A stretch of 55,377 nt of DNA from assembly GCA_016788285.1 (NCBI GenBank), contig JAEUSW010000177.1:1-55377 (forward strand). The letters run 5' to 3'. This stretch comes from Flavobacteriales bacterium. GTDB taxonomy: Bacteria; Bacteroidota; Bacteroidia; Flavobacteriales_F; PHOS-HE28. The stretch's first letter is position 1; each line of letters starts with the position of its first letter. The notes under the pieces are model-generated. The model saw only the letters and a program-made list of their open reading frames with translations, made no database searches and was not told the DNA's origin. The position numbers and the translations under genes are program-made. Below, piece by piece: positions 40,995-50,595 of the stretch.

Positions 40995-42350
40995 ATGCAA
41001 CGCAACACCTTCCTTTTCCTGGCCCTGTCGGCCACCGCCGGCATCGTCGTCCTGCTGGCCTCCTTCACCCCACCGCACACGACCTCCCGGAACGCGGACG
41101 CCCATTGTCCGGTGCCAACGCCACCGGCGGAGGAGGCCCCGAAGTGCGTGTTCATGACGGTCTACGAAGGCGCCGGCCTGGACAGCACCTTCGTGCTGCG
41201 CACACCGGAGAAGGTCGTACAGGCCGAGCAGCGCGGTCTGCAATGGCTGGTGAAGGCCCAGGGTGCGGATGGTGGCTATGGCGCGGGCAGCCACGCGCGG
41301 CAGGATGTGATGGACCCGCATGCGGTGAACAGCGACCCGGCCACGACGGCGATGGTCGCCATGGCCATCATGCGCATGGGCAGCACGTTGGACCAGGGTG
41401 CCTACGCCCAGCAGCTCGGGCGCGCGACGGAGTACCTGTTGAAGCAGGTGGAGGGTGCGCCGCGTGATGCGGTGAACATCACACCGCTGCAGGGCACGCA
41501 GATCCAGGCGAAACTGGGCGCGAACATCGATGTGGCCCTGGCGGCGCAGTATCTGAGCAACCTGGTGGCGAGGCTGAACGACCAGCATCCGAAGTGGCTG
41601 CGCTGTATGCGCGCGCTGAACACCTGCGTGGGCATGATCCAGCGCGGGCAGAACGCCGACGGCAGCATGCGCGGCGACGGCTGGGCCGGAGTGCTCCAGA
41701 GCAGTTTCGCCGCCAGCGCGCTGGAGAGCGCCAAGGCCCAGGGTGCGGAGGTGGACGATGAGTCGCTCCGGCTGGCGCGTGACTACCAGAAGAGCAACTT
41801 CGATGCGGGCAAGGGCACCGTGGCCACGGACCGTGCGGCGGGGGTCACCCTCTACGCGGTGAGCGGCAGCACGCGCAACAGCGCGGCCGAGGCCCGCGAG
41901 GTGAACGAGCGGATGGAGCGCGCCAAGCGGGAGGGCAAGGTGGCGGCGGCCGCTCCGGTGAGCGTGGAGACGCTGGAGGATGCGGGCTACAGCCGTACCG
42001 AGGCCGAGCGGATGAACGCGGCCTGGCAGGTGTACGATGCGGCCAAGCAGCAGGCGCAGCGTGAGGACGTCATCAGCGGCTTCGGCAACAACGGGGGCGA
42101 GGAGTTCCTCAGCTTCCTGCAGACCGGTGAGTCGCTGGTGATCGCCAAGGACCAGGGCTGGCGCACCTGGTATCAGCAGACCACGGGCCGCTTGGTGGGC
42201 ATCCAGAACCAGGACGGCAGCTGGAACGGCCACCACTGCATCACCAGCCCGGTGTTCTGCACGGCCACCTCGCTCTTGATCCTCAGCATCAACAACGACA
42301 TCGAGCACCTTCTGGCGCAGGGCGCGGTGAAGTACCGCGGCGGCAACTGA
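40995..42350 (+). CDS. Exported prenyltransferase/squalene-cyclase-repeat (alpha/alpha barrel) protein
   Basis: Signal peptide; QW-type repeats WLVKAQGADGGY, QNADGSM and QNQDGSW. Confidence 0.7.
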   Translation: MQRNTFLFLALSATAGIVVLLASFTPPHTTSRNADAHCPVPTPPAEEAPKCVFMTVYEGAGLDSTFVLRTPEKVVQAEQRGLQWLVKAQGADGGYGAGSHARQDVMDPHAVNSDPATTAMVAMAIMRMGSTLDQGAYAQQLGRATEYLLKQVEGAPRDAVNITPLQGTQIQAKLGANIDVALAAQYLSNLVARLNDQHPKWLRCMRALNTCVGMIQRGQNADGSMRGDGWAGVLQSSFAASALESAKAQGAEVDDESLRLARDYQKSNFDAGKGTVATDRAAGVTLYAVSGSTRNSAAEAREVNERMERAKREGKVAAAAPVSVETLEDAGYSRTEAERMNAAWQVYDAAKQQAQREDVISGFGNNGGEEFLSFLQTGESLVIAKDQGWRTWYQQTTGRLVGIQNQDGSWNGHHCITSPVFCTATSLLILSINNDIEHLLAQGAVKYRGGN

Positions 42351-42358
42351 ACGCCTGG

Positions 42359-44929
42359 CTAAGGCACCTGCTGGTTCCTCACCGCTGTGGGAAGGGTGCC
42401 GCCGATGTTCTGCAGGATCGGGTCCCGGTCGTTGTGGGCACCGACGTAGCGCACCGAACCGTCCAGGTTGTGGTCCTCGGGGAGATACCCGGGGACCACC
42501 TGCGTGGGGATGAGCCCGCCGATGCGGACCAGCACGGCATCACGGTCGTTCTGGGCGCCCACGTAGCGGAGCGCACCATCCTTGCGTCCATCGCCCGACC
42601 ACATGGTGCGCACCGCGCCACGGTCCTTTCGGGCACCGGACCCCCAAACGGCGGTGGCCGGCAGGCTGAGGTCGATGGCCTTTGCACCGTGGTCGAGCAG
42701 GAGCGGTGCCGCGGTCATGATGCCGAGGTGGTTCCGATGGAGCACGGCGATGTGGTAGCGGCCCATCGGAGCGGTGAACGCCACGGGCGAGATGCCGTCC
42801 ACATCGACGAGGTCCCCGTCCCGCTGGATCAGCACGGAACGTGCCGCCACCACGGTCGTCGGATCGCCCGCGGCACGCAGCTGCATGAAGGCCCAATCCA
42901 CGATGGCGTCAGGGCCGGAGAGGGCAAGCACCGACGGAAGGATGAACGATGGGCTCGGGCCCACCGCCGTGAACAGACCGGCATGCGGCTGGGTGACCGG
43001 GATGAGGCCGGCGGAACGGAGTTGATCGCCCATGAGGCCCGTGCCCGCGTCGTAGGGGCCGTCCAGCAAGGCGCGCACCTGGACCCTCACGGTCCCGGTC
43101 GTTTTCCGGATGTTCATCTGGTCGACCACGGCGCCCGCTGAGCTCAGGAACCGGAGCTGAAGCGAGTCGCCGTGGATGTCCAGGATGAGCGAGCCCCAGT
43201 GGCCCTGCGTGCTCATGTACATCGCGGGGTGGTTGAGGGAGGCACCGCTGGTGCGCTTTCCGCTGACCCCGCACACCGCGTACACCGTTCCGGCATGGGG
43301 CTCGAGGTCCCCTGGTTTCTGATAGGCGCCCGTGAGGTTCGCGTTCCCCGTGGTCCCGTCCTTGAGCATCGTCGATGCGTTCCAGGTCGAGGAGGTGCCG
43401 TAGTGGCCATCGATCAGGAACGAGCGTTCGTACACGTGGCTGTGCCCGCACAGCACCAGGTCGACGCCATGGGCCTCAAGCAGCGGGAGGAAGGTCTGCC
43501 GCATGTCGAACATGATGCCGCCGCTGTCGGAGATGTTGTCACTGTCATGCGAGCCCTTGGTGTACGGTGGATGATGGAAGGCCACGATGATCCAGTCGCT
43601 CCGGAGCTCCGCCTGGACCAGGTCCTGCTGCAGCCACAGCGCCATGGCGCCGGCGGCCGAACGGGACACGCCGTAACTGTCCAGGCAGATGATGTGCACG
43701 TTGCCGATGTCGAAGCTGTAATAGGATTCGGTCCCGGAGGGTACGCCACCGCATTGTCCGCTCGTGGGCGGGGCGAAGAGCGTGTAGTAGGTCCCGGTCT
43801 GCGTGGCCGCGCTCGCCCCGGAGTAATAGTCATGGTTCCCGGGCACGGGCCACAGACAGGTGTTGCGGAGAATGGCGCCGTAGACGCCATTGAAGATGTT
43901 GACCTGGAACTCGGCCTCACGGCCTTGGAGGTACGCGTTGTCGCCCAGCGTCAACCACGCATCGGCCGCACCGTTCGCCCCGGCATAGCCGAGGTAGGCG
44001 TCCCGCACGGCCAGCTGTTCGGCATATCCGGTTCCCTGATCGCCGGTGACCCAGAGGCGGACCGGAGCGGCGACGGTGGGTTCGGCCAATGTGCGGAACC
44101 GGTACGAGGGGTCGCCGGCCGGGGTCAGGTCGGTCGAAGGGGTTCCCACGGCATAGTAATAGGTGGTCGCCTGGGCCAGACCGGTGATCAGGACCTCGTG
44201 GTCAAGCGCGGAGGCCGCCACCACGACCTCCTGGTCCAGCAGGTTGGGTTGAAGCCCGTATCGGACCCTGGATGAACATGGCGAATCGGTCTTCCAAAGC
44301 ACCTTGATGCTCGTGGGTGACGCCTGTTGCAGGTAGGGTTGTCTGTACAGTCCGGGTGTGCCGTCCATGGCGGTGAGCTCCAGGTCGAAGCTGACATCCG
44401 AGGAGGCGGGATCGTCCTGGTGCAGTTCCACGGCGATCGTGTTCGCGCCATTGACGAACGGGCCTGCGGGGATCAGGTGTTCATAGATCCTGGTCTCGTC
44501 GGAGCCCGTGATCCCCGAATAGGAGAACGCGTTGTAGGACTGTGCACCCTGGTTCATGTTGCTGCGCAGCACCTCGGTGCCGTTCACGTACATGATCAGA
44601 CCGTCGTCGCGGATGAACCGCACCCGGAACGCACCGTAGCTCGAACCGTTCGGCACGGAGATCGTCTTGCGGAAGTAGCTCGTCCGGTATTTGGCGCCGG
44701 GATCGGGCCCGTAGGCGATCACGGTGGCCTCATCGCCTTCACCGTATCCCAGTTGGGCGGGTCCGCTGGCCCACGCGGCATCGTTGTATGCGGTCGAGGC
44801 CCACGCGGTTCCCTGGTCCGAACCGTTGTCCAGGTATTTCCATGTCGCACCGAACGGCACGATCACCTGGTCCTGTGCGGCACAGGCGAGCGTGAACAGC
44901 ACGAGGGCGGCGAAGGGGATGGTGCGCAT
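42359..44929 (-). CDS. Secreted purple-acid-phosphatase-type metallophosphoesterase with C-terminal dockerin-like domain
   Basis: GDQG, GDNAY, GNHD, HHPPY and GHSH metal ligands; FN3-like N-domain; duplicated DGxxRYVGAxNDRD at the C-terminus. Confidence 0.88.
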   Translation of the reverse strand: MRTIPFAALVLFTLACAAQDQVIVPFGATWKYLDNGSDQGTAWASTAYNDAAWASGPAQLGYGEGDEATVIAYGPDPGAKYRTSYFRKTISVPNGSSYGAFRVRFIRDDGLIMYVNGTEVLRSNMNQGAQSYNAFSYSGITGSDETRIYEHLIPAGPFVNGANTIAVELHQDDPASSDVSFDLELTAMDGTPGLYRQPYLQQASPTSIKVLWKTDSPCSSRVRYGLQPNLLDQEVVVAASALDHEVLITGLAQATTYYYAVGTPSTDLTPAGDPSYRFRTLAEPTVAAPVRLWVTGDQGTGYAEQLAVRDAYLGYAGANGAADAWLTLGDNAYLQGREAEFQVNIFNGVYGAILRNTCLWPVPGNHDYYSGASAATQTGTYYTLFAPPTSGQCGGVPSGTESYYSFDIGNVHIICLDSYGVSRSAAGAMALWLQQDLVQAELRSDWIIVAFHHPPYTKGSHDSDNISDSGGIMFDMRQTFLPLLEAHGVDLVLCGHSHVYERSFLIDGHYGTSSTWNASTMLKDGTTGNANLTGAYQKPGDLEPHAGTVYAVCGVSGKRTSGASLNHPAMYMSTQGHWGSLILDIHGDSLQLRFLSSAGAVVDQMNIRKTTGTVRVQVRALLDGPYDAGTGLMGDQLRSAGLIPVTQPHAGLFTAVGPSPSFILPSVLALSGPDAIVDWAFMQLRAAGDPTTVVAARSVLIQRDGDLVDVDGISPVAFTAPMGRYHIAVLHRNHLGIMTAAPLLLDHGAKAIDLSLPATAVWGSGARKDRGAVRTMWSGDGRKDGALRYVGAQNDRDAVLVRIGGLIPTQVVPGYLPEDHNLDGSVRYVGAHNDRDPILQNIGGTLPTAVRNQQVP

Positions 44930-45050
44930 GGGTGTGGTCGTGGACCAGGAAGGTATGGAACACCCATGACAGGCCTTGGCGATGGCGGCCGGACCGATGC
45001 CGGTCAAGGTGCTGACCGCTGATCGCGGTTCAGCGGCTCCGCCATGTACA

Positions 45051-45866
45051 TCATGCAGGTCCAGGGTCCACGGAGCTGGCCGGCGGCACCGTGTCGAAGA
45101 GCACCACATGATGGAACGGATCGCGAATGCCGTTGATGCGGTCCATCAGGGCCTTCCAGACACCGGGCCGTCGCAGGTGGTGGTGAGGACCGGCCGCCTG
45201 CACGTCGCAGAGGGCATGGGCGTGGTAGTTCGCCGCAAGCTGAGGGACACCAAGGGCCGCGTAGTAGGCGGCGGAGCGCGCCGATGCGGCCGCGGCCGCA
45301 TCGGCGTCGGGATAGAGCATCGTGTCCATCACGTGCACTTCGCCGGACGGCGCAAGCGCACGTGCCCGGCGCAGCGTGGCACGGGCGTCGGCGAAGTACT
45401 GGAAGCTGGCTGCGAAGAGCACGACATCGAACCGGAGACCATCGAGCGCGGGATGGAAGAGGTCGGCCAAGGCGAAGCGCGGCCCGTCGCCGAACACCCT
45501 TGCCGCTTGTTGCAGCTCCGGCAGGTGGCGGTCGATGCCGAGCACCGCGTGGCCCTGGCGTGCGAGCAGCGCGGACAGCCAGCCGTTCCCGCAGCCGACA
45601 TCGAGCACCCGGAGCGACCTGCCGGAACGCCCCGGGTGCTCCACCAACCGCTGCGCACTGCGGGCCCGCACTTGCCACTCCGCCCGGTGCGGACGTTCGG
45701 GGGCCTGTGGCAGGCGGCTGACCTGTCGATCGTCCAGGATCCGGCCTTCGCGTGCACGCGCCTCGTTGTAAAGACCTCCGAAGGGGCCGGGCGCTTCCAG
45801 CAGCGCGACCCCACCGGCCATCGGACCGAAGGAAGGGTCGATGTCCATCCGTCGTATGGCGTTCAT
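45051..45866 (-). CDS. Class I SAM-dependent methyltransferase
   Basis: VLDVGCGNGW and FDVVLF motifs; ATGA overlap with the upstream radical SAM gene. Confidence 0.88.
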   Translation of the reverse strand: MNAIRRMDIDPSFGPMAGGVALLEAPGPFGGLYNEARAREGRILDDRQVSRLPQAPERPHRAEWQVRARSAQRLVEHPGRSGRSLRVLDVGCGNGWLSALLARQGHAVLGIDRHLPELQQAARVFGDGPRFALADLFHPALDGLRFDVVLFAASFQYFADARATLRRARALAPSGEVHVMDTMLYPDADAAAAASARSAAYYAALGVPQLAANYHAHALCDVQAAGPHHHLRRPGVWKALMDRINGIRDPFHHVVLFDTVPPASSVDPGPA

Positions 45867-47263
45867 GAGGAGAGGGATCGCCAAAGGAGCATCCCCGCAC
45901 GCCCGCTCAGCGCGCGCAGCCGATGACGGAGGGCACGCACGGACGTTCGCCGTCCGGTCCTCGCGGCCTTGTGCCATTCCACCTCGTTCACCACGAAGCG
46001 CACCGCATGGCCGTAGTAGGGCTTTCGATAGGCCCGCGGAAAGTCGAGCTCCCGATCGCTGCCCAGCTCCCAGGGAAGGGGACGTTCCAGGTCGGCCTCC
46101 ACCTGGGCGTGGAGCTCGGTGCCCGCGATGGGATACGCCACGGTGATGGTGAACACGTCCGGAGCGCTTTCCTTCAAGTGCTCCACCGTGCGCAGGATGT
46201 CCGCTTCGCGTTCACCGGGATAGCCGAGCATGATGAAGGTGCCCGTTCCGATGCCTGCGGCCCGCGCGGCCTTGATCATGTCGCGCACGCGTTGCACATC
46301 GACGCGGCGGTCCATGGCGTCGATCACCGCCTGGCTGCCGCTCTCGGCGCCCACCCACACCTGCACGCATCCGCTCCGCTTCAACAGGTCGATCACCGCA
46401 TCGTTCATCCGGTCCGCGCGGGTGATGCACTCATAGTTGATCCGCAGACCACGTTCCTCGAGCCCGTCCGCGAATTCCTGGAGCCAGCGATGGTTCACGG
46501 TGAACACATCGTCCACGAACCAGATCCGGTCCGGGGCATAGCGCTGCTGGATGTCCGCCAGTTCGTCGAGCACCTGCTCGACGGGGCGGCGGCGGTAACT
46601 GAGGCCGTAGACGCCCCGGCTGCACCAGCGGCAGGTGTACGGGCACCCCCGCATGGTGCTGACGTTGATGGCACTGTAGCCGTGCCGACCCCGCCAGGCC
46701 TCAAGGTAGGCGCGCATGTCGATCAGGTCGCGCGCGGGCAACGACAGTCCGGTGAGGTCCTTGAGCTTCTCGCGCTCGGCATTGTGGTGCACGGTGCCCT
46801 GTGCGTCGCGCCACACCGCTCCGTCGATGCCTTCCAGAGCGGTGCGCCCGGCCTCGAACGCGTGGACCAGTTCCGCCATGGTGCGTTCGCCCTCACCCAC
46901 CACGCAGGCGTCCGCACCGTGCCGCAGGAAGCGTTCGGCATGGGCCCGCGTCTCCGGTCCGCCCAGCACGATGGGCAGCGATCGCAGAACAGGGTCCTGG
47001 CGTACGCGCTTCAGGATCCGCACGATGTTCGCCCGGGTCATCAGGTTCACGTAGAGACCCAGGCAGCCGGGACGTTCGGCGCGGAGCTGCTGGAACAGGC
47101 CTTCGAGGGTGCCGAAGGTGCTGTCGTGCACGAGCACCTCATGGCCCGCGTCCCGCAGATGGCCGGCGATGTACAGGAGGCCGAGGGGCGGGTAGGGACG
47201 CATCAAGGCGCGCTCCTTCGCGTCCTCATGGAGGAAGTACCCGTGGGCGAGGAGCACCTTCAT
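45863..47263 (-). CDS. Cobalamin-binding radical SAM protein
   Basis: PYPPLGL, GGP and GEGE B12 domain; RGCPYTCRWC cluster motif; DDVF; GAESGS. Confidence 0.92.
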   Translation of the reverse strand: MKVLLAHGYFLHEDAKERALMRPYPPLGLLYIAGHLRDAGHEVLVHDSTFGTLEGLFQQLRAERPGCLGLYVNLMTRANIVRILKRVRQDPVLRSLPIVLGGPETRAHAERFLRHGADACVVGEGERTMAELVHAFEAGRTALEGIDGAVWRDAQGTVHHNAEREKLKDLTGLSLPARDLIDMRAYLEAWRGRHGYSAINVSTMRGCPYTCRWCSRGVYGLSYRRRPVEQVLDELADIQQRYAPDRIWFVDDVFTVNHRWLQEFADGLEERGLRINYECITRADRMNDAVIDLLKRSGCVQVWVGAESGSQAVIDAMDRRVDVQRVRDMIKAARAAGIGTGTFIMLGYPGEREADILRTVEHLKESAPDVFTITVAYPIAGTELHAQVEADLERPLPWELGSDRELDFPRAYRKPYYGHAVRFVVNEVEWHKAARTGRRTSVRALRHRLRALSGRAGMLLWRSLSS

Positions 47264-48060
47264 GCGCTGCGGCGGAACTGGATGAGGACGTGGTCGCCCA
47301 GACGTGCCAGGCCGGAGGCCTGTGCAAAGAACCGATCCATGCGGCCCAGCAGGTGAAGCAGGCGTGGCCGATGACGCACGCGGGGGCCAAGGTATCCCGG
47401 AGGCACGAACAGGCCGATGGGGCGCAGGTCCTCCAGGATGAACGACGGACCGAACGCATGCCGGAGGGTGGACGGGGGATGATACCAGGTGGGCACGGTG
47501 CAATCGCCCACCGGTACGTCGACCGCTTCCCGGGTCCATCGCCGAAAGGCCGAGGAAGGCTGAGCACGAAGCAGGTAGTAGATCGTTTCGAGCAGGCAGC
47601 GGTCGGCCATCAGCACCGCCACGAACCGGCCACCGGGACCGAGCACGGAGGCGACGAAGCGACCCACACGGGCGAGGCCGTCGACGTCGATGCAGTTGAG
47701 TCCGCCGAGGTCGGAGAGCACGAGGTCGAAGGGACCTTCGCCGGCGGGCAGCGCCGGCGCCATCAGGTCGAGCGGGGCGGTGCGCACCCGCTGGGCGAGC
47801 CCGGCGCGCTGGACCATGGCCCGGGTGGCGGCGATCATGGCCGGGCTGCGGTCGGTGGCCAGGACGGTATGGCCGGCCTGCGCCATGTGGACGGCATCGG
47901 CACCGGTGCCGCAGTTGAGCTCGAGCACCCGCTGGGGCGGGCCCGCCAGCAAGGGGGCCAGGGCGCGCCACACCTGCTCACGCTGGGCCCGGCCGACCGC
48001 ACTGTCGGTGAAGTCGACATCGTAGGTGGCCGCGGCGGCATCGAACGCGTCCAGGGTCAT
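47260..48060 (-). CDS. Class I SAM-dependent methyltransferase
   Basis: FDAAAATYD, VLELNCGTGAD and FDLVLS motifs. Confidence 0.9.
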   Translation of the reverse strand: MTLDAFDAAAATYDVDFTDSAVGRAQREQVWRALAPLLAGPPQRVLELNCGTGADAVHMAQAGHTVLATDRSPAMIAATRAMVQRAGLAQRVRTAPLDLMAPALPAGEGPFDLVLSDLGGLNCIDVDGLARVGRFVASVLGPGGRFVAVLMADRCLLETIYYLLRAQPSSAFRRWTREAVDVPVGDCTVPTWYHPPSTLRHAFGPSFILEDLRPIGLFVPPGYLGPRVRHRPRLLHLLGRMDRFFAQASGLARLGDHVLIQFRRSA

Positions 48061-49496
48061 GCGACGGAGAGGCGGATGCGGTTGGCCAGTACGGCGGGCT
48101 GGTAGTAGAGCAGGGAGAAGCCGCGGCGGAGATCGGTCGGTCCTCCGCGGAGCGCCTGGGCGAGCGCGACCACGGCCTGACGGCGGCGGTAGCGGGCATG
48201 CACGTAGCGGTGGAGCCGCTTGTAGTAGGCCGGTGAGCGGGAGCCGCGGAACATCATCGCCAGGTCGTCGCTGTCGCTCCAGTTCGCCTTGTCGCCGAGC
48301 TCCGACCGCACGCGCTCGAAGAAGGGCGTTCCGGGGAGCGGATAGCTGATGGAAACACCGATGTCATGCGGCATCAGGTCCTCCACCATGCGGATGGTGC
48401 GCTCCACATCGGCGTCGCTCTCGCCGGGATACCCGAACTGCAGGAAGAAGCCGACACGCACGCCCTTGGCCTTCAGCAGCCGGGTGGCCTCGGCGATCTG
48501 CTCCACGCGCGTGCCCTTGTCCATGGCATCCAGGATGTGCTGGCTGCCGCTCTCGGCACCCACCCACACCTCCTCCAGCCCGGAGCGCACCAGCGCATCG
48601 ATGGTGTCGCTCTCCAGCAGCAGGTCCACCCGGCTCTGGATCTTGTACGGGATGCGGACACCGCGTTCCTCCACCAGGTCGGCGAAACGCTGCACCCAGC
48701 CGGGCTTCAGGCCGAAGATGTCGTCGCACATCCACAGGTGGTCCGGGGCCGCCCGGTCCCGCAGCAGTTCCATCTCGAGCACCACATGTTCGGGTGAGCG
48801 GCTGTTGTACCGGTTGCCGTAGATGGGCTTCGCGCACCAGTTGCACTTGAACGGGCAGCCGCGGGTGGTGGCCACGTTCAGGCTGAAACGGCCCTGCGAG
48901 CGCATCCAGATGCGCCGGTAGGGGGTCAGGTCGATGAGGTCCCAGGCGGGCAAGGGGAGCGCATCGAGGTCGCGCATCACGGGGCGCTTGGGTGTGCGTT
49001 GGACCTCCCCATCGGGACCCCGGTGGACCAGGTTGGCCACCGACCGCCATGGCGTGCCGGCGGACCAGTGCTCCACCAGTTCGCGCAGGGCCTCCTCGCT
49101 CTCGCCGAGCACCACGGCATCCGCACCGGCCTTCAGGTAGAGCTCGGGATGGTCGGAGGCATCGGAACTGTTCACCACCACCAGGCAGCCCTGTTGCTTG
49201 CCCAGGGCGATCATGCGGAGGCAGGCCTCGCGCATCACCGTGAGGCACATCTTGGTGAGGTAGTTGAACCCGTCGTCCTGGATCACCAGCACCTTGGGGG
49301 CATGGGCGTGCAGGGCGGAGAGCAGGTCCTGCGGGCCTCGGGCGAGGCCACTGTCGTGCACATGCACGGCATGTCCGGCCTCACGCAGCACGGCCGCGGC
49401 CAGCAGGGTGCCGAGGGGGGGGTAGGGGCGCCCGTCCCGCCACTGCTTGCGGTCGAGGCGATGGAAATAGGCGTTGGTGAGCAGCACCCGGGCCAT
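48057..49496 (-). CDS. Cobalamin-binding radical SAM protein
   Basis: PYPPLG, GESE, RGCPFKCNWC, DDIF and GAESGS motifs. Confidence 0.92.
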   Translation of the reverse strand: MARVLLTNAYFHRLDRKQWRDGRPYPPLGTLLAAAVLREAGHAVHVHDSGLARGPQDLLSALHAHAPKVLVIQDDGFNYLTKMCLTVMREACLRMIALGKQQGCLVVVNSSDASDHPELYLKAGADAVVLGESEEALRELVEHWSAGTPWRSVANLVHRGPDGEVQRTPKRPVMRDLDALPLPAWDLIDLTPYRRIWMRSQGRFSLNVATTRGCPFKCNWCAKPIYGNRYNSRSPEHVVLEMELLRDRAAPDHLWMCDDIFGLKPGWVQRFADLVEERGVRIPYKIQSRVDLLLESDTIDALVRSGLEEVWVGAESGSQHILDAMDKGTRVEQIAEATRLLKAKGVRVGFFLQFGYPGESDADVERTIRMVEDLMPHDIGVSISYPLPGTPFFERVRSELGDKANWSDSDDLAMMFRGSRSPAYYKRLHRYVHARYRRRQAVVALAQALRGGPTDLRRGFSLLYYQPAVLANRIRLSVA

Positions 49497-49497
49497 G

Positions 49498-50478
49498 TCA
49501 GCTCAGGGATCGTCCGGTGCGCAGCTCCAGGTCGCGGAGCCGTTCGTGGTAGGCGTCGAGCACACGGCGCTGGAAGTTGCGCGGATGATGCTTGCTCACA
49601 TAGGTGCGCGTGCGCAGGGCCAGGTCGAAGGTGCGGGGGTCCATGTCGTTGAACTTCCAACGCCAATAGCGCCAGGTGAGGGCCATGGACCAGTTGTCGA
49701 GCATCTCCCCGAAGGCGCCACCGAGCGCTCGCTCCCAGAAGACCTTGCGGCCCTGGCCGCCGGCGTCCACCTCCGGGACGTGCGGCACGCGGGCCGCGGG
49801 CAGCAGCTCGAAGGCCCATTGGTTCGCGCGGAAGAAGGCGTCGCGTGTGCCGTTGCCGTGAAGCCCCATCAGGGTGATCACCTCGGTGGCGGTGAAGCGG
49901 TTGCGGTCCTCCACGGCAAGGTGCTCCGTGTCCAGGAAGTAGTTGATGCAGAAGTCGCGACGGCTGTTGAACAGGAAGAGCTTCTTGTAGGCGATGAGCA
50001 GGGTGCGCGCCAGCCAGAGGCGGCCCGGAGCGGTGATGATGAAGAAGTCGATGTCCCCATCGGTCGCCAGGCGGCCCTTGCTGAGGCTTCCACTGACGAA
50101 CACCGCGCGCACGAAGGGGGTGCGGGCGATGCGGCGGGCCATGCGCCGTGCCTTGGGCATGCGGGCCTCGGCGCGCTGCGCATCCTCGTGCCGCGCCCGC
50201 ACGTCGGCCTCGGTGATGCGAAGGCCCCAGTACGCCCCCACGTTCGCGATCACCTGCTGGCGATGCAGCTCGTGCAGCAGGTCCTCCACCTCGGACCGTG
50301 CCGGGCGGCGGGCGCAGGAGAAGGCCAGCACCTCGTCGCTCGTGAGCGGATGGCGGAACACATCGAAGTAGGCCAGGGTGCGCAGCAGGGAGCCCTGTGC
50401 ATCGGCCCGCCGGGCGGGATCGGCGCCATCGGACGGGGCCGCGATGGGATCGGGGGAGGCGGTGAGGATCGTCGGCAC
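49498..50478 (-). CDS. Pol-beta-type nucleotidyltransferase-like protein with N-terminal helical/wHTH-like region
   Basis: VFVSGSLS.....DGDIDFFII (GS...DxD) motif; TATCTTCG -7 element at 50499-50506; GTG start. Confidence 0.7.
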   Translation of the reverse strand: MPTILTASPDPIAAPSDGADPARRADAQGSLLRTLAYFDVFRHPLTSDEVLAFSCARRPARSEVEDLLHELHRQQVIANVGAYWGLRITEADVRARHEDAQRAEARMPKARRMARRIARTPFVRAVFVSGSLSKGRLATDGDIDFFIITAPGRLWLARTLLIAYKKLFLFNSRRDFCINYFLDTEHLAVEDRNRFTATEVITLMGLHGNGTRDAFFRANQWAFELLPAARVPHVPEVDAGGQGRKVFWERALGGAFGEMLDNWSMALTWRYWRWKFNDMDPRTFDLALRTRTYVSKHHPRNFQRRVLDAYHERLRDLELRTGRSLS

Positions 50479-50595
50479 GTGGGCAGGGCGGGGGTCGTCG
50501 AAGATAGACTACGACCCAAGACAGCGCGCCCGGTGCGAACGTTGCCCGACCGACGGGGAGCGGCGGATGGGGGGGATGCTACTTTGGGCGCCGCG

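Noticed and set aside
49474-50595. N-terminal half of the 847-aa ORF 49474-52017
   Set aside because: It overlaps the NTase gene on the opposite strand; the real gene most likely starts at ATG 50596 after a -7 element.
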